Below are positions 13,636-27,255 of a DNA stretch of 64,000 bases, one piece after another. Each line of letters opens with the position of its first letter. Position 1 is the first letter of the stretch. The notes beneath the pieces are model-generated. The model had not been told where the DNA came from. It worked only from the letters and a program-made list of their open reading frames with translations, and ran no database searches. The stretch is from Camelus dromedarius. Lineage: Eukaryota. The stretch covers positions 24,368,001 through 24,432,000 of the forward strand of contig NC_087436.1 in NCBI RefSeq assembly GCF_036321535.1, read 5' to 3'. Position numbers and translations under genes: made by a program.

Positions 13636-14070
13636 CAATCCAAATGTTCATCAGCTGGTGAAAGGATAGACTAAATGTTGTATATATGTAGAGCAGAATA
13701 TTATTCAGCTTTAAAAAGGAAAGAAACTTTGTCATATGCTATAACATGGATGAACCACAAGGACATTACGCCAAGTGAGGTGAGCCAGTCACAAAAAGGC
13801 AAATGCTGCATGATTCCACTTATATGAGATATTTAAAGTAGTCAAATTCACTGAAACAGAAAGTAGAATGGCAGCTGTGAGGGGCTGGGGGGAAAGGGAA
13901 AATAGGAATGGATATAGTGGTTCAGTTTTGCAAGTTGAAAAAGTTCTAGAGGTCTGTGTACAACAATGTGAATATACTTAACACTGCTGAACTGTGCACT
14001 TAAAATAGTTAAGATGATAAATTTTATATTAGGTGCTTACTACCACAATTTAAAAAATTAAGTATTACTA
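13636..14070 (+). mobile_element. L1M 3' end
   Basis: CAATCCAAATGTTCATCAG...ACATGGATGAACC...GATTCCACTTATATGAG...TACCACAATTTAAAAAA. Confidence 0.85.
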
Positions 14071-15750
14071 AAAAAAAATCTTAGACCATTCAGATCTGGG
14101 GACCATTTGATTTCACTACAGCCAAAACTTTTCTCCTTATATGTCTTGATCATGATGGTTTATAAGGTGTCTCTAAGGCCTTGGGGACAGTTGTATCAGG
14201 GTTACATTGCTGCTAAACTTTTATAACAAACAGAACTTTTTTACTATGCAAAACATCAAAGTGGGTTCCCAAATGTTTTCATCTTCAAATCCAAAAGAGA
14301 TCGTTTAATTTTATATTTGGCTAGTAACACCTTTGGCTTTATAGTGTGAAGCCATTTTTACATGTTATCTCATTTGATCCTTATAACAACAAACCCACCA
14401 AGTTATAATCTGATTAGACTGGAGAACATTATCCTCTGACCCCCTCTGTCCCTTCAGCAGGTAAAGAAGGCAGTAATGGGGCTGTCATCAAAAACATGGT
14501 ACAAATTTAAACAAACATCCCTTTTTGTCAAAACAACTTAAAAAAAAAGTCAACATTAGTGTAGCAAGATACACCCTGTCTAATAAGAAAGCAGCCAAAC
14601 TTGGTTTAGTTGACTTTTAAAAGAATGTTGACGTTGTCTAAATCAGAAATATTGGAAATTTAAAAGTACTATGCATAGTTCTGGAAAAAGAAAGAGACAA
14701 ATCTAATTTTCAGACACTATTGTCGAGTTAATGAAAACCGGTCCTTTTGAATTTGTTTGTTGACCCCACATTTCTCAGAAGCTTCCATTTATACAACTTT
14801 CGACTTGCACACAAACCTGATAGATTTGCTTCCAATAATTTCAAGCTCTTTCAGAGCTCATTTTCTTTGAGAAAATGGTCAGTTGTCTGGATGTGCACTG
14901 AAAGCTTTAAACAGAAGAGGGCACTAAGTCAGACAGCTTCCAACACCAGGCTCACCAGAAATGTGAGAGGAAGAGAGTGTGAGGGGGAGGGGAGGAGGGG
15001 GGTGCACACGTGGAGGAAGCAGAAGGATGAAGGGGCAATTGATTGATGGGAATTCATAATTAAACCCAATTGCAACTGCAATTCAGGAAGGAAGTGAATA
15101 TTCATGTGATTTCTCTTTCATGCTAGAAAGCAATCGGGATTTGGTGCAAGGCACAGGGTTTGAGATTTTGCATGTGGTGCTCTGAAGAAAAGAGGGTGAC
15201 TAGAGAGGACGGAAAGAGGTAGATAGCACACTGAATCTAAATGCTGCCTGTAAACAAAGGAAACAAGTAATTAAAGAGATCCTGTGTGTGTATTCATTTT
15301 CTAAGTACATGGACAAAGGCCAGAAGGCAATGAAACAAATAGTGTTGGTCTTACTACCACTCAGCTTTATTTTTAAAAAATTTTAAACATGGAAGTATTT
15401 CCAGAAATTTTATAAAGTTAAAGTTAAAATTCCATTCTAGAAGGAAAAATATTATACTGTTCTATTTCAAATATTTTGGGTAAATTATCTGGAGAAGTGT
15501 CAGAGGATTTAGCTTTTCTGGTTAAACCTAAAAAATAAAACATCATAAGATGATGGCTTTGGAATAGATTTTGAAGTCATACAGTTCAAGACAAATATTT
15601 CAGTATCCTATTATAAGAATAATTTCTTGATTTTCAGGTTTTAGGTTTTCCTTTTCTGGGAGAACTGCCCACATTGTCCCCCACCTCCCTCTCCCCAGAT
15701 GAGACAAGAGTTAACTAAGCCCTTCTTGCTGTAAGAAAGTCTGTCCAGAG

Positions 15751-16068
15751 CAGCACTGTTCATCAAAAATACAGTGCCAGTGATGACTATAATTTTCAAT
15801 GTTTTAGTAGCCACATTAAAAAAAAGTTAAAAAAAATGAAATTGATTTTTAAAAATTATTTGATTTAACTCAATATATCCAAAATATTATCAAGTCAACA
15901 TGTCATTAATAAAAAAAAAACTACTACTAAGTTACTTTACTTTTTTTTTTTTGCACTCTTTGAAATCTGGAGTATTTTACATTTACAGCACATGTCAATT
16001 TGGACAAGCCACAATGAAAATGCTCAAAAGCCACATGTGGCTAGTGGTGACAGTGCTGAATAGTGCAG
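15751..16068 (+). mobile_element. hAT-Charlie MITE (MER33-like)
   Basis: TTTTAGTAGCCACATTAAAAAA and AGCCACATGTGGCTAGTGG motifs; ~320 bp. Confidence 0.75.
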
Positions 16069-16246
16069 ATCTGGAACATAATATTTTTCTCATGAAAAAA
16101 TAAGCAACCAATCAGTGAAGCGGCAAACTTAATCATGTATCTAAAAGATGCACTTCCATCTATAAGTCTAATTCTACTTTACCCCTTTTTCAACTGTTTT
16201 TACTGTGGTAAAATACACATAATGTAAAATTCAACTTTTAAAAAAA

Positions 16247-16371
16247 TTTTTTTTTTAAATTGGGGGGTGGTTAGGTTTTATTTATTTATTTAGATTGAGG
16301 TACTGAGGATGGAACCCAGGACCTCCTGCATGCAAAGCATGCACTCTACCACTGAGCTATACCCTCCCCCC
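16247..16371 (-). mobile_element. tRNA-derived SINE (Vic-1-like)
   Basis: Reverse complement of the consensus (..CTCTACCACTGAGCTATACCCTCCCC). Confidence 0.9.
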
Positions 16372-17178
16372 AAACATTTTTAAATGTACAGTCTAACCTA
16401 ACTTTTAAAACGATTTGTTTAACAGTATCATTTTCACTCAGAATGTTTACATAAGTTTCCCCCTCCTATGGATATAAAAATAAAAAAGGAAAGTTTCAAT
16501 GTGAAAATACTCTTGTTTTCATTGTCAACAGAATTATTAAACTACTTTGAAATACCTATTTGAGGGGTCATTTCCCCATCACCTAACAATCTCAGACACA
16601 AAACTCAAAAACTCAAAGGGAAAAGTCTGAGACGCTGGCATCTGAGAACAGTAGCTCCTTTACAGCCTAAACATAAAAATTAAGGAAAAAATTTAGAAGC
16701 AACTTATATTAATTTTCTAAATATTGAAATGTTTTAGTTATATTGATGATGCTATTACAACTCTTACATTTCTCCATAAAGAGCAACATAATGCAGCAAA
16801 TTTTCTTTCATTGACATGGTTTTCTCTACCCTTCTTAAGTAAATAAATACAAATGGAACTAGAATATTCAAAATAAAACAACTCAAATAATCCATTAAAC
16901 TTTTTTTTGTGTAAATCCCCTATTTTTCATTTCATATACAATTTTACGTTCAGAATTGAGTGACTTGTATATGAATAATATGGTATTAACCCTTATTGGA
17001 AAAACTCAACTTTTAAAACTTCTGAATTGTGTAAACTTAACTTCCTAAAACTTTTATATTCTTTAACTATATTCCAAAGTATAGTATTTTTGAGTTTTGC
17101 TACTCGTTGCTCTATGCATATAACTGTTTTCATGAATCCACTAAACTTAGAATGGTGAAGTAAAATAAGAAATTATCT

Positions 17179-17304
17179 GGGGGAAGGGTATAGCTCAGTG
17201 GCAGAGTACAAGCCTAGCAGGTATGAGGTCCTGGGTTCAATCCTCAGTACCTCCATTAAGAAAAATAAATAGATAAGCCTAATTACCTCCCTTCGCCCAC
17301 CAAA
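17179..17304 (+). mobile_element. tRNA-derived SINE (Vic-1-like)
   Basis: Consensus match; TSD AGAAATTAT. Confidence 0.9.
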
Positions 17305-20300
17305 AGAAATTATTTAACATGCTTGTTTACTGAGGAAGCATTGGTAGTTGCCTCTCCCACCCCCACCCCAGTCCTTTAGTTTGGTCACACCCAAAAGTCA
17401 ATGCAGCATAGTTACATCACAGCGGGGATAGCTGGCTTACATATGGTCTCCCGCTACTTCAGCTTGCTTGAGGGATCCATCGGACTTAAATCTGAATACC
17501 AGAAAGGTCAGGCTGGAACCTAATTAATCTACTGTACTGTTCATCTTCTTGTTCTTGCTGCCACGTTAACATGCCTCCTTTTTTTCTAAGATGTTCTTTA
17601 GATACTGGCCCTTTCATGGATTTGCTTTCTTTGTCAGACATATTCATACTTATCAATGCGTTTTTTTATATTTGTTACTTCATAAAAGTAAAGGTTTTTA
17701 AATTTTGGCTAAAGATTCTCCTTAATAAAGAGAAGGATGCCCTACTCCTCCTTTAGGAGCTTTTTTTACCCTCAGATCTGCCTAAAATCCCTCATTCAGT
17801 ATAACAATAAGGTGTAAATGCCTACTGTAAAAGACAGCAAGAGCTTCTCTCCTTTGCAGGTCTTTCCTTCCTTCTTTTCCTTCTTTCTTTCTTTTCTTCT
17901 TTTAATTTATTTTTGGTTCCATTTTTCCAGTTTTATTGTAATATAATTGACATACAACATTGCACAATTTTAAGGTGTACAATATAATGATTTGATATAC
18001 GTATATATTTCATCTTTCTTTCTTTTTCTAGTTGCCATTCAATTTAAAAGCCACTGGGTTCAATAATGTCCAAGCAACACTGGCAAAATTTTAGGCTCAC
18101 AAAGCTACTGCATGGAAACTGCACCAGTTGTACCTTAGCTATAAATGTATAATTCTGCCCATTCAACTAGGATATTTGTAGACAGAGCCTTAGTAGTACC
18201 TTCTGCAAAGCTCCCTCCAAGATTCAATGCTCTGAGTCCACAAAGACTTGCTACCCCTTTCCAGGAAGAAGTGGTCTGTGCTCTGAGTGTTGCTTTCTCC
18301 GTTTTCCCTCATTTGAACATTCCTTTTGAAGGAATGTTTGTCTTATTTTTTTCTCCATCATTGTACACTTAGGTGCATTAGGGATATTTATATTTATTAT
18401 TTATTTGTAAGCTGTAAGGAAATGAGGCCCCCATCCATCTTGATCATGAACTGAAATGACACAGTGAACTTGGAGCTGGGACAAGGATACGAGCGGCTGC
18501 AGAGTGCTGAGGCAAGGATTCTTTTGGAATCGCATGTATGGGAAGAAGAGTATGCATATGAGTGTATGTGGCAGGGGAGGTTGCAGCCAAAAAAAGAATA
18601 AACTATACTGAATTTTTTTTCTTCCGACATTTTTCTATTCTTCTAGAAATAACACTCCTGATATTTGTAAGAATTGCTCCACTCTCACTCTATCTATGAG
18701 GCCCATGGGCATGGTGAGGATGTGAGCCTGAAGGCCACAGTATCTTTCATGTAGCAGCTGGCTTGAGAGAATAAACCCAAACTAGTAAGAGAAGCAGAGA
18801 AGATAGAGAAGAAGCATCCTGAAAGTGAGAGGTCTTGTTACAATTGTCCTTGCCTTTCCTATGATTTGAATACATGAACCAATAAATTTATTGCCATATT
18901 TGGCTAAGCTGACTCAAGTCAGTTTCTGTCATGTGCCATCAAGAGTCCAGATAATTCAATGGGTAAACGGCAAAGTTCTTTCTTCTTTTATCTTTTTTCC
19001 CAAAGCAACAATGACACTTCCGTAACCTTCACCTCTAATTCACTCTCAGCATATGCGATCCATACCATACTGAGAATGAGCTTTACATTTAACAGAGGCT
19101 TGCGATTAATTTATTTTATAATTTTAAGAGACGTGGCTTTATTTTCTTGTGCTTTAAAACTTTAAAAAAAATGGTCATGTGTTATTTTTGTAATAAGAAA
19201 AAAGCCAAGTTTATTCTAAAAAATTAAACCTTCAGATAAGAAAGGATAAAATTTGTATTTCTGTTTTGATGACCCCTAATTTCTAGATAGGATACAAGTG
19301 GGTGTTACAAGAAAGTAAAGCAACCTCCATTTTTAAGTAGTTTTGCTCAAAATAGCAAGAAAGTATTCCAGCTCTAATGGTGAAAGTGGTCTGCCTATAG
19401 GCAAAAGGCTCTACAGTTTCACTTAAAAGTACTTAAAAAAATGTTTATTTCTTATTTTCCCTCCAATTTGTTTAAAGAGTCTTAATACTACTACCAATGT
19501 AAACTAGATGGGACTGGAGCCTTCCCACCCTTCAGAGATTTAGGAAAACTTGATGCCAGCACCCATGTACTTTATGGACTGTGAGAGTCCAGATCCTGCT
19601 GTGAGATTTCTGTGAATCCTTCGAAGCTGTGGCCCTGCCTTAGGCAAAGATGGAACTTAGGATCACTCTCCTCACTGTTTTCACTGGATTCCATATCTGC
19701 CAAGCTCTCTGTGAGGTTAATAACCTTGCCAAGAATTTGTGGGGCTGCTGGATGGATGCATCTCACAGGGCACAGCTAATGTTCTACCATCTCAAAAGCT
19801 CCACCTCCACCCCCTGCCTCTCCAGCGCAGCCGACAAATCCCTCTCCTTGTTCAAGGCTGGACAGTTCTTCTTCACACTTAGGTCTCAGCTTCTAAGCAG
19901 GCTAACCGTGGAATTTTCCCAAGAGAAGTGGGTCTTATTCCTAAGAGAAAAGATCACACCCGTTGTTAGGAGGATAACAATTCTCCATTTCTTAAAGTAA
20001 GAAAGAGGAGTATTTGACACCTATCTGGGTAACAGAGCTCCGTCTGGCTGACACCACTGTCATCTCATTGATTGGAAAGGTTGTTTCAATATGATGCTGT
20101 CTGAAAGTCTCCCTTTCCCTCTCTTCTGTGTGGTCCCTTTGAAAGATGTGAGCTGTAGAAAGGGAAAAACCTTCCTAAATAAGCACTTGTATGAAAAAAA
20201 TCATCTCTGACAATGGCATCTTTTAACTAATAGACTCCAGTCATACTAACTTCCTAAGCATTGTATTTATTATTATTGTTTGTTACCAAGTTTTTGAGGT

Positions 20301-20877
20301 CACTAGGTATTATTGTCTTTATTTAGAAAACAGGAGACCAAACATACAAAAAAATTTGTAATCAGGTACAAATGTAGAATTATATATTTCTTGGTGTCCT
20401 GGCATCATTTCCAAGGTAGTTTCAAGCCACAGACCATGAATTACTAGCTTTAAAGATCAGTTTTTATATACAAATGTCCTTAGTAAAACTCAGAGAAGCC
20501 AAAGTCAACATTTACCACCAAGCAATTCACAGTCCAACTCTGGTACTTGAATAACTCCTATTCAGGAAGTTATTCAGTGCCATCTGGGGGAGTTCTTGCA
20601 AAGAAGAATTTTGCAGAAGATGGTAAAGACAATTTAAGAGGGGAGGAAAGTTATTCAGGTATTCGTGAATATACATTTCTTTTATTTCTTTATGAACTTG
20701 CAAAAATTAAAATCAATGTAACAATGTTTTGGAGGGGGAAAACATTACTTGATTTTTGATTATTTTTTGAGTGACTCATATGTTCCAAGCACTATCTGAG
20801 TCACTGCAAGCACACAAAGTTGTGTAAGATAATGTCCCTGCCCCCAAAAAACGTGCAATAGGGAGGACACACTAGTG

Positions 20878-20878
<1 letters not shown>

Positions 20879-20917
<39 letters not shown>
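20879..20917. repeat. (GAT)13 microsatellite
   Basis: Read directly. Confidence 0.95.
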
Positions 20918-22070
20918 AATAATAGCCAATCCTTATGGAGTACTTACTCTGTGATAGGCACTAAGTGTGTCTTAGTTAATCCTTTACAAGCAGATGAGAA
21001 AAGACAGAGAAGAAATAATAATAGGTAATATTTATTGAGCACTAATACGTGCCAAGACACTTTTCTATGTGCTTTCTATACATAGGCTCATTAACTTTTA
21101 TTAAAAAACTAGAAAGTACACAGTATTATTTTACAGGCTAATTTCAGCCCTTACAACAAGCTTGTTAATTAGGCCTTACTACTGTTCCTTTTTGCAGATG
21201 TAAACTGAGGTGTAGAGAAAATAAGTGATTAAATAACTTGGGCATGGTTACCTATCTAGTAAGTGGTGGGGTCAGAAATCAAAATCCTATCATCTGTGCA
21301 TTTAATTTATATGAAGTCAACCATATGCACTGAGACCAAGAGAAGAATTTAAATGGAGAGGGAGGTTCCTCTTCTCATTCTACTCAGTTGTCACATGCTT
21401 TGGAGGGAGTGGAATGAAGAACTATCTTGCTCAGTTCCTGCAACTCTCATATTTGGCCAAGCTGAGGGTGATTTTAGCTTTGTAGTTGCCTATGGGGTCC
21501 CTCCCTGCAGGTCAATTCATTTCATCTTGTGGGCAACAGTGATGTCTTCTGATGCTGAAGGACAATGCCGTAGACCTAGGGAGAGCAATTGTTCTCTGAA
21601 TTGGCAACTTCTTAAGAAATTTCTGGGGAGTTTTTAGACAATAACTTTTCTCCCCCTTGCTCACTGAATTTGGAGCCTAACCTTTGTGAAACATGTAAGG
21701 CTACTGTATACAATGATATAAACTGAGGCCAAATATAGCATCATTGATAAAGTAAGAATCAAAAGCTATGGTGAGTCAAAGTGGGGCAAAAATTATACTT
21801 AGTTTGGGGGATGGAGGTTTGTTGGGAACTCAGGAAAAACTTCAGGGAAGAGAGGACATTTGAGGCCGATCCTGAAAGATCGGTAGCTCTAACAGCCAGA
21901 GCAAGAGAAGGAGTTCATATAGGAGGAGAGTCCAGGGCGAAGGCAGAGGGGTGGGACAGTTCAGGGCAGGATCCTGAGCAGCCCGTTGTGGCTGGTGCCA
22001 GGACTCCATCAAGGAAGGTGGTGGGAACTAAGCCTGAAGAGATGGCAGTGGGTCATTGCACAGAGGCCTT

Positions 22071-22608
22071 TGTAGGGGAGGGAAAAGTTTTCCTCTGCCC
22101 TCTAAGGGTCCCTGGCTTGGTCTGAGAAGTAAACTGACAAAGACAGATTAAGAGAGGGAAAGTATACATATTTGTTTAATATAAGTTTTATAGGACATGG
22201 GAGCTTTCATACAGAAATGAAGACCCAAAGAAAGTCAGATCTGTATGCTTTTACTTTAGGTTGGGTGGAGAGTGGACAGTTGTGGAGGAGTGTGATAGAT
22301 TAAGGAATGGGAGGTAATTGTTGTAAACTGGGGGAAACCTAGCAAGGCCTCTTGGTGTCTTGGTACTTCTCTTGGTGTCTTGGTACTTCTCTTGGTGTCC
22401 CTTTGTGTTTGGAGATAAGGATGCTCATTTTCTAGAGGTACAGAGAAGGCACCTCTCACAGGAGGGTTTTATGGAAGGAAAGAAGGGGTAGGTGAGAGGG
22501 AGTCAGAGTGACATTCTTGCTTCTGCTATTTAATCAAACTCCTTCAACTTAAAACACTCAATATGCCAAGGTAACACATTCCGCGGCAGTGTGTCCTGAA
22601 CCCCATCA
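22071..22608 (-). mobile_element. ERV1 solo LTR (MER34/MER39-like)
   Basis: TG...CA termini; 4-bp TSD CCTT/CATT; minus strand begins TGATGGGGTTCAGGACAC...CTTGGCATATTGAGTGTTTTAAGTTGAAGG. Interrupts an L2-like segment. Confidence 0.75.
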
Positions 22609-23369
22609 CATTCAATGCTAAGTTGAGGACTTTGTACTCAGAGGTTCTGAGTAATGACATCATCGAAACTATGCCATAGGGAGCTTCATCTGGCAGGGGT
22701 GTGAAAAACCAAGTGGAATAGGGAACAGTACTAGGCATACCAGTTGCAGATCTAATGTAGTAATCTGGGAAAAATAAGAGTCTTGTACGAGATACTTGGC
22801 TTGCAAAAGATAGGAACCAACTTGATGTAGCCTAAGCTGAAAAAAAGTATTTTACAACTGAACAGAAGTGATTCAGAGAAACTTGAAGCAAGTGGACAGC
22901 TGAGTTTCATGTTAATAAACCAAGTTCAGGGACTCTTATTTAAACTGACTGCTATAGAGAACCCGGAACAGGCCCCAGCAATATACTTTGCATGGTCAAG
23001 TGTTTTTGTAAAATTTGTTAAAGTAAGACATTGTAACCACAGTTGGTTAAGATCACTGTCTTTTCTACTCACTCATTCCTGGAGTCTGCACCAGCCATTA
23101 CTGGCTATTTTTTCTCTAGGGAGAGACTTGGAATTGGGGAAAGTTGCCTCTGGCAAGCTTAAAGTTGTGGACTGCTTCAGTATTTTGCAACAGTTACATG
23201 TTTTATTTTCAGGTTCATATGTCAGATGAACCATCTCTAATCCTTAGATGGAGCATTTAAACACTGATGCCACCTTGGACTTCCCTTCAGGATCTCCATA
23301 TAACAAGATAGCCTGTCCATTGTAAAACTATTCAAGCTTTGCAGCATGGGCATAATGACAAATTGAGGA

Positions 23370-24580
23370 TTCTAAAACACATTTTTTGAAAATTCAGAAG
23401 AGAAACTCATATACAAACAAGATGTAAAATATTTATTCAAAAGGTTGATAAAGCTTGAATGTGCATTTTGGCTGTAATTTGAAAAAATATTTTGGAACAT
23501 TCAAGGAAACAAATAACTAGATTCCTGATTTGAATAGATATGAAGGGTACCTTCTTATCAATTAAAATTTTATTTATTTGTTTATTTGTTTTTGAATACA
23601 TGTTTTTTATTTAGATAAAAATTAAAGGACTATGAAATAAAAGTGATAAAGGTGATGGTCACATCAAAAATAGAAATTCAAGATCATAATTTCAGATCGT
23701 ACCAAAGCAAACATTGAAAGGAAAAGATAAATTTGAAAATAAATGAGGAATCTCTGGATTATTTCATACCCAACTGATAAAGAGGAATGAATTAGAGGAA
23801 CACACTGGCAAAAGATGTAAATATCTGGCTGATTTGGCATCAGTGACATCCAGAGATAACATAAGACTCATCATCATTACTCACTGAACATCAAATAGTA
23901 ACTAATTAATGAGAGTTTTCTTTAAAAAATTATTTTTTTTTAAATGAAGGTACTGAGAATTGACCAAGGACCTCGTGCATGCTAAGCATGCACTCTACCA
24001 CTGGGCTACACCCACTCCCCTAACGAGTGTCTTCAAGTCAAATATCTAAGATTAGTCACTGTATAAGAAAACTGCAATGAGCTGAAATCTTATATCTATG
24101 TGAAAGAAATGTGATAGAAGTTCCTGCAAATTGATAATTATCCTAAAACTTATAAGACATTATTGATAACAAGATAGGAGGCTGATAGAAACTTTACTAA
24201 GTTATCAGGAATAAAAACCAAATTTTAATATTCTAAGGGAGGAAAAAATTATCTTTCTATTCTTTCCATAGAAAATAATATTGCAAAATCATCACATGAA
24301 GAAATGAGAGAGTATATAGCCAATGAATGTAGGAAAATTACTTTAGAGGCAAGTCAGGTAGTTGATTAATTAAAAATAGTATAGTATACTTTATTTGGGA
24401 TTTTGTAATATTTGAGGTATTGATCAGTTTTTTAAAATCTGTCATTTTTTTGTGATTTATTTCCCATTTAAATAAGTATTTATATTCATACCTAATTTTG
24501 TATTCATAATTTTCTATTTTACAGAGGGTCCCCCAAATTATATAAGCATCAGGCCCTACAAAAGTTGGATTCACCGCCAG
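23370..24580 (+). mobile_element. Degenerate hAT-Tip100 transposon 3' part (Zaphod-like)
   Basis: Remnant hAT dimerisation-domain peptides EADRNFTKLSGIKTKF (from 24178) and NYLSILSIENNIAKS (from 24247); many stops and frameshifts; 5' limit approximate. Confidence 0.7.
23930..24020 (-). mobile_element. tRNA-derived SINE (short form) nested in the hAT relic
   Basis: Reverse-complement consensus match. Confidence 0.85.
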
Positions 24581-26060
24581 CCACTGGAATGGTGTGGATC
24601 CAGATGGCTACCAGGAACCCACACATTTCCTGCCTGCTGTTTGCTTCTCCTGGTGGCTGAGCCATAGCTGAAGGGCTTTTCTGGCTCTCAGTTTCTATAT
24701 AGCTCTCTCACAGCTACCAGCATATACATACAAGGATGCACACAGAGTAAGAGACCGTAGGTGGCCTGTTGGTCCCAATTCCAAATTCCTGAAAGAACAT
24801 ATATGATAGGTCCAATTTAGGTGGGGTGTACCTTGCTGATAAATCAGTCAATGAGAGCCAATGAGAGCCAAAGAGAGCAAAGTCACATGGTACAAGCACG
24901 GCTACTGGGGGCAGGACCAGGGCCTGGTTGTCAAGAGAATGAGTCGGTTCACCAAGCTGCTCAAACCCCAAAGACCTCCCCTCGAGGTTGAACAATAAGG
25001 GTTCTGAACAGGAATGAAAGTTGATGAGAACAGAAGGAAAAGCTAGAGAGCCTCACAAGTGACAAGATTGGAATGGGGAGTAAAAGAAGAGTCTTAAGTG
25101 GGGGTGCACCCTTTATGGCCCAGTGAGCTGGCGGGAGTGATACTCAAGGTGAGGTCACAGGGAAGACTACCTTCTCCGAGTAGTGGCAGGTAAATCAGAA
25201 GCCCTTCCCAATCTGGAAGTTTGCTTTCTTGGGCTAATCTTTGGAGGCTTTGAGTTATATTTGGCTAAGTGAGGCCATATTCCTTTCAAAGCTCATTTGT
25301 TATCTGTGGGGACATTTTTAAAGGAACATTTTATCTCTTTGTAACACTTCAAGGTTTTTTCATATGCTACCTTCATAATACTATCATTTCTGATGGATGT
25401 CAACTTTATAAGTTCTAAAATTAAAAAAAAAAAAACCAGTGTTTGTTACCTAGCATATGGCCTAAGGCTCTGACAAATATATTTATATTTCTTTTAATTT
25501 TTATTCTCTCTTATTCTCAAATCAGATCTTTTGAAATGTTTTTCCTGGAAGAATTAGAAACAACTAATATACCTACATAGAAAAAGACTCCTGCTTTCTT
25601 ATCCCATTTTTTTTTTTTCATCCCTTATACCATTTATTTACCTTATCCACAAAACTTACTTCTGGAAAACAGGATCCTGGCTAAGATGTTTTTGTGGGGA
25701 GAGGGTTCCACAAAGTCAACTGCATATATACCACACTCCTGTGAACTATTCATTAATCTCCTTTCAAGATATCCAGACCACCTAGAGAAAAACTACTGTT
25801 GCCATTTGAAAATTTTACCCTCAAAAAACTCTGCACTATCCATTTGGTCTGATAACCAGATGTACATCTTACTTCAATACAGATCTGTCCCTTGTTCTTC
25901 TCAGCATGCTGTCATTTGAAAATTCAGTACTTCAAGGCCTGAGAAGCAGTGTTTACTGCCTTTGCCCTAGTATCTAAATCCTTTCTACTTCAAAAGTATT
26001 ACATTAATGGTTGAAGGGCTCTTTGGGCTAATGGCAAATTAAAAATATTAAAGACAGGGA

Positions 26061-26204
26061 GGGGGGAGGGTACAGCTCAGTGGTAGAGTGCATGCTTAGC
26101 ACGAACGAAGTCCTGAGTTCAATCCCCAGTGCCTTCATTAATAAATAAATAAATAAATCTAATTACTCCTCTCTCAAATAAAATAGTAAAAAAAAAAAAA
26201 AAAA
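26061..26204 (+). mobile_element. tRNA-derived SINE (Vic-1-like)
   Basis: Consensus match with (AATA)n and poly-A. Confidence 0.9.
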
Positions 26205-27113
26205 TTAAAGGCTGAAAATTTCAATAGAACAATATAAAAATAATTACATTTTCCATCATAAAAGTGCTGCAAAAATACCAAAATTGGCTTACAATAAATG
26301 TAAACCATCTTATAAAAATATGCAGGACATCAAGAGAGAAAAACTGAAAAGCAAAATAATTAGAAGATATAGATATAGCTAGCTATAGATAAAATTATAA
26401 AGTAGGTAGTTGTCTACTTTGAGTCCAGAGTTTGCCTAACCAATTTTAGCTCTTTCCTGAGATTTGCCTTAGCTCCCTAATTTCCCTGCTCTCTCCCTGC
26501 CTCACTAGATTCCAGCCTGTCTCTGCCATTCTGTATCTGGCTTCCTGGCTCCAACCATCTCACTCCGGTCCCGCCCTCTCCTGCCCGGCCCTACCGAATC
26601 AATTAAAGGGATCCTGTTGTTGCTAAACTCCCTCCACTAGGCTAAATGGCATCAACACTTCCAAAGACTTTCCTCTTCTCCAGCTGCCACTTCAATGACC
26701 TCAAAAAGGAAGCTTATAAAAATAAGAAAACCTGGATTCCAATTCCAACTCTGCTAAGCTGCATTAACAAAAGTAAGTCACTTAATTTTTTAGGCCTCCA
26801 TGTCCTCAATTGTAGGACAATTGGGTTAGAGTAAATATATATTATTTCTGGCAGATTGAAGAGACTAAAAGCTGGAGGTTGGGGACTCCAACCTCGACTC
26901 TTCTATCTGTTGAAGCTTACTTCTCTAGTTTGTACTGATCACAAAGGGACCTACTTTCTTCTCGGTCATCCTGGGTAATAATAGAATTAATCCTTGTTAA
27001 CCTATTAAAATTTTCTTTCTCCGCTCAGGTAACCAAATAAGAATGCAGACTTTGTAAGTGGGCTGTAGAATTCTCTAGTAGAATATAAGCCACTTTTAGG
27101 CTTGTTGAATTGC

Positions 27114-27255
27114 TTTTTTTTTAATTTCGGGGGGTTGGGGAAGTAATTAGGTTTATTTATTTATTCATTTTTTTTTTAAATGAAGGTACTTGGGATTGAA
27201 CCCAGGGCCTCATTGTGCATGCTAAGCACTCTACCATTGAGCTCTACCCCTCGCC
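27114..27255 (-). mobile_element. tRNA-derived SINE (Vic-1-like)
   Basis: Reverse-complement consensus match. Confidence 0.88.

Noticed and set aside
22349..22399. Short direct repeats as a CRISPR-like array
   Set aside because: Head-to-tail repeats with no unique spacers, in mammalian DNA.
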